32,000 nt of DNA. Source: Okeania sp. (GTDB taxonomy: Bacteria; Cyanobacteriota; Cyanobacteriia; Cyanobacteriales; Microcoleaceae). Position numbers and translations under genes: made by a program. Within the stretch, counting starts at the first letter, position 1. Each line of letters opens with the position of its first letter. The notes beneath the pieces are model-generated. The model was not told the origin of the DNA. It made no database searches and was given only the letters and a program-made list of their open reading frames with translations. The stretch spans positions 1-32,000 of the forward strand of contig NZ_JAYKGW010000173.1 in assembly GCF_035285525.1 (NCBI RefSeq), written 5' to 3'. Of the stretch, positions 16,841 through 24,428 are shown piece by piece.

Positions 16841-19202
16841 AGAACTTAGGCTGAAGAGCCATGAAAGTAAGATGGAGTTTAACTGTACCAGGCTCCCCTG
16901 ATAATCTTAAAAAGTCATGGCCGTGAGGAATCTGAAACTGAATCAGATTTTTCAACTCTAGAGGTTTTTCCCAACTGACACAAGCCAGGTCATCAAACAT
17001 GGCTATTCCTTTCCCTTTTTGGGGAGGATAGTGACGCAGCCAGAGCATTAAAGCACGGGGGTTATCTTTTTTAGGATTGACCACCTGTTCCAATTTCCGA
17101 TCTTTGGGCACAGATAAGTCTACCACGATGGGTTCCCAATCAAAAGTATGACCAGGGTGAGTAAAAATAATCTCATCTCCAAAAGCTTGTTCTCCTTCAC
17201 TGGCACGATAGCGGACTTTTAGTTGGATACTGCCTGCATTTTCCCCCTTTACATATCCAACTAGGGTCAAATCTTTCTTTGGGCGATCGCTTGCATCTCC
17301 AAATACCCGGATTCTTTCCCGAAACTGAGTTACGGCTATCTGATGATTTTTGGCCGAGCGCTCTAGACAAATTCCTGTGGTGCCTCTATGTGCCCCCTGA
17401 TGACAGGCAAAGGATGTCTTACCTTTCTGAGAGACTCCCCAACGATTAATATCTTGTACTTCTGAGTCTATGTCCCAATCTTCTACTTCGCCAAATATCA
17501 TTAAGTCTCTGCCCAAACTGATTTGGTAGATTTCATCTGTACTTGCTTGGACTTGGTATAGAGATGCTTCACTGGGGGCGATTGCTCGTAAATCTACTAA
17601 TGCCCATCCATTTTCATTTATCATAACAGGAACATCAAAACTGTATTTTTTGATACTAATATTAGATTTGTCTACTCCTGTGAGAGAAACCGAACCCCGA
17701 TTTAAATAAGGATAAACAAGGACTCCATCACGAGAAAATTCTCCTATTCTGCGGATAAAGCGATTTGCTAGGTCTCCTCCAATAATTTGGGGGCGATAAT
17801 CTTCTAAATAAATGGGTATTACTTGGAGTTTGGTCACTTCTTCTGACTGAACATCTACCAGAGCTACTAATTCCAGGAAGGTCTCCAAGCGGTCAGAGTC
17901 AAAAACTAAGTTGCCAAGGCTATAAAATAAGGGAACGCCATGACGAAACCCTAAACCTTGAGGCAGATGGGGATGATGTCCCACAATTAACCCTGCTCCA
18001 GCATTAGCAACTTTGTCCATCAAGTTTTCGACATAAGATGTGGGGGCAAAAGTATATTCAGTACCTGCGTGTAACTGGACAATAGGAAATCGCCCTTGGT
18101 TTTTTTCCTGGGCAATTAAGTTTTCTACCGTAGCTATATCCCGGAGGTCTGCTGCACCTCCCTGATTTTCAGTAGCTACAAACTGTAGAGGTTCTGGATA
18201 GCGATCGCCGGCAATGGAAGAAAAAGAAAATAGAGAATATTCTGTGTTTCCTAAGTTAAGGCGATAAGGTTCTTGAGCTGTAGTTGGAGTAAGTCCGGCA
18301 CCGCTGTAAGCTAGACCAATATGTTGTAAATTTTCGATAGTGGTAGTTAACCCAGATGCTAAATAATCCCAAAGGTGGTTATTTCCCAAGGCGACATAGT
18401 TAACCCCTAACTTGTAGAGTTGTTCGACTGATTCGGGGAGGGTGAAAAAACTGTATGGTTTAGCCCAATGGGGTGTTTTGGGGTGATCTAGAACTGGGGT
18501 TTCCAAATTTACGCTACGAAAGTCGCTGAAGTTATTCTGAAATAAAGGTTGTAAACCTTCTAGCACTTTAGCACTGCCATTTTGAGGATGGGAAGCTTGA
18601 ATTAGAGCATCAGGATTATTTGGAGGAATTTTATTCCGGGGAGTTTTCTCTTCTGGATCGAGAAACCGCCTACCCATTGCCACATCTCCTCCAAATAGAA
18701 ATCTAGTTTTTGATTCTGTCCGTTTTACCAAAGGAAGAGGTGGAACTTCCACTTGAGAGATTGTTAGAGGTAATGATAAAACTAGAGGAACAATTTCCCG
18801 ATCAAACTTAGGAGTATCAATTTTTAAAAGTTGGTTATGACGAGGTGCAGAGGGAAAGAAATACTCTCCCAAAATATTAGTAACTGTTTCTGTCTCTCCC
18901 AGACGAACCGGAATATTACTCAGGGGAGTATCTCCAGTTGCGACTATTCTGCCTTTTACTTGAATGGGAGTGTTCTGATACTGACGCACTAGCTCCATTT
19001 CTTCAGCTACCAAGGGGTTGAGAAATTCTTGGAGAGACCAAGCTTGGGCTGGTGCGGGATAAAGATATAGGGTTAGGAAAAAGAATATTGCTAGACAAAT
19101 AATTTTTTTTCCTAATACAACGCTTCCGGTTGTTAAGAGGTACATCCATCGTGGGCAAGATGCTCGCACTACAAGATTTTGATTGTTTACCCTGTATATC
19201 AT
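16839..19202 (-). CDS. capA: CapA/PgsA-family metallophosphoesterase-fold protein with long N- and C-terminal extensions
   Basis: 787 aa. The CapA core spans about residues 168-470: FLFGGDVAMGRRF, VNLETPV, VALGNNHLWDY, IVQLHAGTEY, LIVGHHPHLPQG, YSLGNLVFD. The N-terminus is signal/TM-like (an alternative start is ATG 19145, MYLLTTGSVVLGKKIICLAIFFFLTLYLYPAPAQA). About 320 aa of C-terminal sequence has no motif I recognise. Confidence 0.85.
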   Translation of the reverse strand: MIYRVNNQNLVVRASCPRWMYLLTTGSVVLGKKIICLAIFFFLTLYLYPAPAQAWSLQEFLNPLVAEEMELVRQYQNTPIQVKGRIVATGDTPLSNIPVRLGETETVTNILGEYFFPSAPRHNQLLKIDTPKFDREIVPLVLSLPLTISQVEVPPLPLVKRTESKTRFLFGGDVAMGRRFLDPEEKTPRNKIPPNNPDALIQASHPQNGSAKVLEGLQPLFQNNFSDFRSVNLETPVLDHPKTPHWAKPYSFFTLPESVEQLYKLGVNYVALGNNHLWDYLASGLTTTIENLQHIGLAYSGAGLTPTTAQEPYRLNLGNTEYSLFSFSSIAGDRYPEPLQFVATENQGGAADLRDIATVENLIAQEKNQGRFPIVQLHAGTEYTFAPTSYVENLMDKVANAGAGLIVGHHPHLPQGLGFRHGVPLFYSLGNLVFDSDRLETFLELVALVDVQSEEVTKLQVIPIYLEDYRPQIIGGDLANRFIRRIGEFSRDGVLVYPYLNRGSVSLTGVDKSNISIKKYSFDVPVMINENGWALVDLRAIAPSEASLYQVQASTDEIYQISLGRDLMIFGEVEDWDIDSEVQDINRWGVSQKGKTSFACHQGAHRGTTGICLERSAKNHQIAVTQFRERIRVFGDASDRPKKDLTLVGYVKGENAGSIQLKVRYRASEGEQAFGDEIIFTHPGHTFDWEPIVVDLSVPKDRKLEQVVNPKKDNPRALMLWLRHYPPQKGKGIAMFDDLACVSWEKPLELKNLIQFQIPHGHDFLRLSGEPGTVKLHLTFMALQPKF

Positions 19203-19306
19203 TTGCTTGAAATATCCTGTATTTCTACAATATTGGCTGATACTATGTTAAACCAAAGCATCGAGCTTTGATAAGTGATATCAAATCCGCTGGCTTTGGT
19301 AATATA

Positions 19307-19380
19307 AGAAACCGGGTTTGTTGGAGGTCGATGTTAGTATTTTAGGGCGTTTGAGACAAACCCGGTTTCTCTGCTTTTTT
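19307..19380 (+). terminator. Long hairpin plus T-run (terminator-like) inside a nested palindromic element
   Basis: AGAAACCGGGTTTGT (19307-19321) pairs with ACAAACCCGGTTTCT (19356-19370), followed by ctgctttttt. Outer inverted repeats GATATCAAATCC/GGATTTGATAT lie at about 19277 and 19395. Confidence 0.4.
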
Positions 19381-19409
19381 GTACCAATACTACAGGATTT
19401 GATATGATG

Positions 19410-19589
19410 CTATATGAATGACATTAAATGAATACGATCTTGTTTAAATAAATCCCACCAAATCTCTTGTGAATGAATAGATGCTTTGTGATCTTGGATT
19501 ATTCTGGTTTCTATAGGCATTTTTCCTATTAGTTCAAACCAGCTTTTTTCAGCTTCTATGGTTATATCTGTTGCTTGAGTTTTATACAT
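19410..19589 (-). CDS. Possible small ORF (59 aa), hypothetical
   Basis: Hand translation gives MYKTQATDITIEAEKSWFELIGKMPIETRIIQDHKASIHSQEIWWDLFKQDRIHLMSFI*. It is just below the ORF-track cutoff, has no recognisable motif, and lies downstream of the VWA-gene terminator. Confidence 0.2.
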   Translation of the reverse strand: MYKTQATDITIEAEKSWFELIGKMPIETRIIQDHKASIHSQEIWWDLFKQDRIHLMSFI

Positions 19590-19602
19590 TTTTGCTAATT
19601 TT

Positions 19603-19645
19603 GAAAAAAGCGATCACTCCCCTATAAAAGAGGAAGCGATCGCTC
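19603..19645 (-). terminator. Rho-independent terminator of the VWA-domain gene
   Basis: The minus strand reads AGCGATCGCTTCC-tcttttatagg-GGAGTGATCGCT followed by TTTTTTC, about 100 nt after the stop at 19745. The stem contains a HIP1 site. Confidence 0.6.
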
Positions 19646-19744
19646 TTCTGCATTAGACCATAACTTGTTAGTGCTTTTAGATTAAGAACACTTGCAAGTT
19701 AACTCATCAGAATTTACTGGTTCCGTAGCTGAAAGTTCTCTTAC

Positions 19745-21856
19745 CTAAGATGCAGAACATTGTTTCATAACTTTCAAAGACATTCCCCCTAAGTTATTAC
19801 TAGGTTTAGAGTCTTCTATATAGAACTCCATTTCTGTTGTGTCATCAAGACTGAAGAAAACTGGTTCGGGAGCATTTTGGAAAGCTTGACTAGAGCTTTC
19901 ATAACGACAAGCACCGTATTTGGGATGATCGCAATTACCGTTAACTACTTTGTTGTAGGGAGAACGGAAATAATAACGAGTTTCCCAACCCAAGTCACAA
20001 TCATTGCCCTTAGCATTGCATCCACGTTCTATACCGCTACCGCTCCAGGCATCATAGTTACCACCCTCATTGGCAGCAATAACTGTTACTTCGTATTCAC
20101 CAGCAGAGAAACTTTGGAGAACAGGGTTATCTTTATTGTTAACCTGAGCATCAATATTGATAATTTCTGTAGTTTCAGCACAGCCTTCCTCATTACCAAA
20201 GAGAACTGTAGCCTCTGCTCCCTGAGCAAGTTTCACAGTAGCGCTTCCGTCAGTGGAAGTAGTAGGAACATATCCCTCTGGAATAACTTCCCGAACTGTG
20301 TATGTACCAGCAACTAAATTTTCAAAGCGATATTTACCATCAGCATCGGTAACACTTACTGGTTCTTTGGTGTCGAGTTTGCCGTTATTGTTCAAATCCA
20401 GATAAATAGAAACTTTTTCTATGACTGGTTCTAGTTGAGCATTTTTTCTAGCTTCTTCTGGGGATTGCAGATTTTTAAACACGGCTAGCAGTTCATCGAG
20501 ATTGGTAAATATGACTGCATTGGGGTCAATAATTTTTAAGTCAGATAAGGAAGAACCTGTTCCTACGCCAAAAGAAGAAAGGTTACTGCCGCGCTGGCGT
20601 AGTTCTTGTACTTCGTCGTCAAAACTTCCCCCATGAGTAGATTTACCATCAGAAAGGAAAATTACGTTACCTTCTCCATTAGCAGTGCCTAACTCTGACA
20701 TTGTTTTCAGAACTTCCTGGAGAGCTGCTTCAAAGTTAGTGTTGACTCCAACATCACCATAGAGTTTATAGCGTTTTTGGAAGGTTCCTAAAACTTCTTC
20801 TACATCTGGCGTACCGCTACTATCAGCATCACTAGCAGGATTAGTTGCTAGTTGTGTTCCATTGGTAACGGGGTTGCCATCAGCAGTAGCACCACCGTCA
20901 GCAAAATAGATTAGACTAATCCGTGCATTTTTGCCAAAGCCTTTATCAATCAATTGTTGATTCAGGGCTTGAAATCCTGCTATTTCTGCATCTAAGATAG
21001 TATCTGCTTTACCATCCTTGTTAATATCACCGACTTTAGTCTCACCAACAAACTTTTTGTTGACGGTACTACCGGAAATATCTATTACAAAAAAGACATC
21101 AGGGTTATCTCCCTTAATCAGGGTTGCGTTGCGTTTACCATCTCCGTTAGTATCGAGCCATTTGATACCTGCGATGACACCTGTTGGTACTGGTTTAGGT
21201 ACTGGTTTAGGTACTGGTTTAGGTTCTGGAGGCTTAACACTACCCGGCAAACCTCGCACACTAATTAGATCGAAGCCTGGAGAACAACCACCTTGATCTA
21301 CACCAACAACTTTAACGTATTTAACTGGTTTTTTATATTTAATAGAAGCCAAATCTAATTGAACGATACCCATTTCGTTCACTCTACCCAGATAGGTGAA
21401 CTCAGAACCATCCGCACTCACATAAATATCTGCATTTTCATTAGCAGAACTCCGGCGGTCAAAACTTTGAATGAAAATGTCGTTACCAGGACTATCAACT
21501 ATCACTTCATCCTCGAAACTGACAATTACATAGGAGTCTTTTGGCAAAGAGAGCCATGTCACCAGAGGATTATTACCTACGACTGGTTCTGCTGGTGGAT
21601 GACCAAGAAAGACATCAGGTCTAACAGATGCCATGCAGTACCACCCAGTTTTAGGTAGACCATAATTTCTCGGTGGACCGCCGTAAGGACCAGGAATCGC
21701 CCCCTTGCCGCCATCATAAAATTCCACTAATTTGTCAGCCCAACCATTGCCAGTAGCAGCAATTACTGGATTTGGATTAATACTAAAGCAGGTTAATGAT
21801 AGAACCACTAGCATTAGCCAACCTAAAATTCGTTTCATTTGAGATTTTTCCTCCAT
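19745..21856 (-). CDS. Secreted VWA-domain protein with SdrD-B/Cna-B-like domains
   Basis: It has a signal peptide (MKRILGWLMLVVLSLTCFSINPNPVIAA) and a PKPVPKPVPKPVP linker encoded by a 3x12-bp repeat at 21186-21221. GIKWLDTNGDGKRN and YLDLNNNGKLDTKEPVSVTDADGKYRFENLVAGTYTVREV are SdrD B-type repeats. VFFVIDISGST is a VWA MIDAS DxSxS motif. The C-terminal domain is Cys-rich. Confidence 0.85.
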   Translation of the reverse strand: MEEKSQMKRILGWLMLVVLSLTCFSINPNPVIAATGNGWADKLVEFYDGGKGAIPGPYGGPPRNYGLPKTGWYCMASVRPDVFLGHPPAEPVVGNNPLVTWLSLPKDSYVIVSFEDEVIVDSPGNDIFIQSFDRRSSANENADIYVSADGSEFTYLGRVNEMGIVQLDLASIKYKKPVKYVKVVGVDQGGCSPGFDLISVRGLPGSVKPPEPKPVPKPVPKPVPTGVIAGIKWLDTNGDGKRNATLIKGDNPDVFFVIDISGSTVNKKFVGETKVGDINKDGKADTILDAEIAGFQALNQQLIDKGFGKNARISLIYFADGGATADGNPVTNGTQLATNPASDADSSGTPDVEEVLGTFQKRYKLYGDVGVNTNFEAALQEVLKTMSELGTANGEGNVIFLSDGKSTHGGSFDDEVQELRQRGSNLSSFGVGTGSSLSDLKIIDPNAVIFTNLDELLAVFKNLQSPEEARKNAQLEPVIEKVSIYLDLNNNGKLDTKEPVSVTDADGKYRFENLVAGTYTVREVIPEGYVPTTSTDGSATVKLAQGAEATVLFGNEEGCAETTEIINIDAQVNNKDNPVLQSFSAGEYEVTVIAANEGGNYDAWSGSGIERGCNAKGNDCDLGWETRYYFRSPYNKVVNGNCDHPKYGACRYESSSQAFQNAPEPVFFSLDDTTEMEFYIEDSKPSNNLGGMSLKVMKQCSAS

Positions 21857-22127
21857 CTACAGGTATTAATGGTCAAGTTAACCTCTGTCTAGAGGGTAAA
21901 ATTATTTTGAGTGAATGATATAAATTTAATATTTTCTTTATAAGTTTAGAAATTACCCATAAAAACCTTATCAGAACTTAGGCACTTACCCTAGATGTAG
22001 TGCTTAAAACTCTTGTGCAATAGTTTTTTGAATCTATATTATAGATATAGTAAGTCCTGTTTATCATCAAAAGGGCGGGTTTAGGTAGGGTATGCTGATT
22101 TATCGGGAACCGTAAAAGTCTTTATAA

Positions 22128-22219
22128 GGAGATGGGGAGATGGGGAGATGGGGAGATGGGGAGATGGGGAGATGGGGAGATGGGGAGATGGGGAGATGGG
22201 GAGATGGGGAGATGGGGAG
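22128..22219. repeat. Octamer tandem array (GGGGAGAT, about 11 units)
   Basis: ggagatgg repeats almost perfectly. It generates the spurious MGRWGDGE-repeat ORF at 22132-22362. Confidence 0.95.
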
Positions 22220-22352
22220 TAATTTTTTTCCCAACGTATGCGCCCAAAATGCGCTCCTTTTTAAACCTTTTTGAGCTAAAAGCTGACGTTTTTTCCCGAC
22301 TTAAAATTCCTAAAAGCTTTGTATGTCGATGCTTTCATATTTTTTCAGCAAG
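22220..22352 (-). repeat. Dispersed repeat family copy
   Basis: The reverse complement GGGCTTGCTGAAAAAATATGAAAGC..AAGCTTTTAGGAA..GGGAAAAAACGTCAGCTTTTAGCTCAAAAAGGT is collinear with the 5' part of copies A and B. Confidence 0.75.
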
Positions 22353-22438
22353 CCCTAGGTAAATCTGAGATGGAACCGGAATTGGTCGCTCTACAATATA
22401 AAAACCCTAATGATTAATAATTAATAATTAATAATTAA

Positions 22439-23563
22439 TTATTTAATACCTAAATTTTGAGCATTCTGCCAACTTTTATAAGTTTCTGTATCACTAAGAA
22501 TATTTACATTAAATAAATCTATTCCTTCTTCCTCTAATAAAGCCAATATTGCTAAATTTAATTGATCATAAGCTCTCGAATAATTTTTTAAATCATTAGT
22601 AAATCCAATTACTCTAATGATACGAGCATTTCTTTCGCATCCCTCAAATCTAACTGAACAAGAATCATATAAAATATCAATTGATTTTGGTATTTCTCGA
22701 ATTTTATCCCTGATATGAGCTACTTTTGTAGATGAAATACCATCAATTTTAATATACGACATAAAAGCTGCTGTCTTATTTTCAATTGGCTGTTGAGAGA
22801 AACTTTTGATGCTACCATCAATCATTTTAGAGTTAGGAATTTTTTGGGTGACTCCCTCATCGGGTATATAAATTGTTGTACTTCTAATGCCTATATGTTG
22901 TACAGTACACTTCAGACCACTTGGCAGTAAAAGCCAGTGATTTACTCGATACAAAGTGTCAGTATAAATTACAATTGTCGCTAACCAATCAACAATAACA
23001 TCCTTAAATAATAAGCCTAGTGAAAGACCAGCACCTCCGATTAAACCAAATATTGCAGTAGCAGAAGCTCCTAGTAATACTTCTCCTGCTTTTATAGTAA
23101 AAATTACGATGGCAGTTAACCTCAATAATTTAGGAATATAGGGGCTAATAATATCATCCAATTCCGTGTCTGTTTGAGCTGATAAAAGTCTCAAAAATTC
23201 TCCTAAAATTGGAGATGTACGGTAGATAATTAGTGTGATATTACCTACTATTGCTAGGCTAATAATTCCTGTGATTTCTTGATTGAATTTGGGGGAAATA
23301 TAATCTGTCAGGATTAATTGTATAACCCGAAATCCCAATAAATAGATAAACCATCCGATAGGTTGTTTAATGGCTGCAATTAATTGGTCATCAAGGGTGG
23401 TTTTTGTATTACGAGTTAAAGCTTCAATTCGCTTAATTACAATTGTGCTTAATAATTTTTTGAAGACTAATGTTGCCATTAAAACCAGGACTATAACAAA
23501 TATTTTTCTTAATGGTATATCCTGTATTGTCAGAATTGTAATGCTTTGTAAAATTTGTTCCAT
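22439..23563 (-). CDS. Mechanosensitive ion channel (MscS) family protein
   Basis: 374 aa. It has several N-terminal TM helices, a pore-helix/beta-domain junction GGAGLSLGLLFKDVIVDWLATIVIYTDTLYRVNHWLLLP...GTVQHIGIRSTTI, and a C-terminal alpha/beta domain. Confidence 0.85.
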   Translation of the reverse strand: MEQILQSITILTIQDIPLRKIFVIVLVLMATLVFKKLLSTIVIKRIEALTRNTKTTLDDQLIAAIKQPIGWFIYLLGFRVIQLILTDYISPKFNQEITGIISLAIVGNITLIIYRTSPILGEFLRLLSAQTDTELDDIISPYIPKLLRLTAIVIFTIKAGEVLLGASATAIFGLIGGAGLSLGLLFKDVIVDWLATIVIYTDTLYRVNHWLLLPSGLKCTVQHIGIRSTTIYIPDEGVTQKIPNSKMIDGSIKSFSQQPIENKTAAFMSYIKIDGISSTKVAHIRDKIREIPKSIDILYDSCSVRFEGCERNARIIRVIGFTNDLKNYSRAYDQLNLAILALLEEEGIDLFNVNILSDTETYKSWQNAQNLGIK

Positions 23564-23747
23564 AATTAGCTGATAAGTTATTCAAACTTTAAAATTTACG
23601 TTAGATTAAAGCAGGAGGTATAGGATATAAAGGATAATGGAATAGTTTTTAGAGATAGAAATACTTTTGTTTACTGTTTTGTACGAATGTTGTATACAAC
23701 GCCTCTATCTACTTCTTAGTTATCTTCTTCAATACATACCTAAATTT

Positions 23748-23843
23748 TGCCTATTCTGTCAATTTTTATCAGTTTCTGTCTGGTATATCCTGTATTGTGA
23801 GATTTGTCATGCTTTGTAAAATTGTTTCCATCATTTGCTGATA
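23748..23843 (-). pseudogene. Internally deleted remnant of an mscS paralogue (first ~17 and last ~14 codons fused)
   Basis: 23748-23780 matches the 3' end of the intact gene (22448-22490: acctaaattttg..attctg.caa.ttttat.agtttctgt). 23781-23843 matches its 5' end (23513-23576: tggtatatcctgtattgt.aga.ttgt.atgctttgtaaaatt.gtttccat.att.gctgataa). Confidence 0.65.
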
Positions 23844-24428
23844 ATAATAAAGCCAAATACTGTTTCTGACTTTACAGAACTACCTGCTTCCTGTCATGGC
23901 TAGTTTTGAATGTTTCTACTCATAGCATATCTGAGATGGACCCTGATTACTTCATTCTTGATTATAAATTTGTTCGATATTTTATCAAACAAATAAGCAA
24001 ATTTTTATATTAACTTTAAGTTTTGACAAATTAAATAATATTAAAAACTTATATATGTAAACATTTCCTGCGGAATGTTTCGCAAACAGCTATTAGCAGT
24101 CAGCTTTTCCTGCGGAATGCACTCACAAACAGTAATAAAAATGAATAAATCAAATATTTACTGACACTTATAGTAAATTTTAAGCAAATAATTAAAGCCT
24201 AATAATTAAGTAGCTCTAGTTGTCAACTAAAGGTAATAAAACCCATAGCTGTTAGCTGACTGCTGACAAATTATTACTTGAAGCTGCTAACTATGACATA
24301 ATTGAAAGTTATGCAAAAAATTGAACATTTATATTTCAATTGTTAGTGCTAAAGAAAATTTTATCTGTAGATAGTGTATGATTCTGATATAATCAAAATT
24401 TGTCCCTATATATAGAGTGCATTATTAA

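Noticed and set aside
22132-22362. ORF encoding MGRWGDGE repeats, and similar repeat-derived ORFs at 1869-2090, 9050-9247, 12484-12684 and 16647-16901
   Set aside because: They are translations of 7-8 nt tandem arrays or palindromic elements, so the open frame is a by-product of the repeat periodicity.
22363-23945. ATCTGAGATGGA(A)CC on both sides of the mscS gene and its remnant (about 22365 and 23931), considered as possible target-site or att repeats
   Set aside because: The exact match is only 12 nt. By rough estimate, matches of that length are expected many times by chance in an all-against-all comparison of 32 kb. No terminal inverted repeats or recombinase support it.
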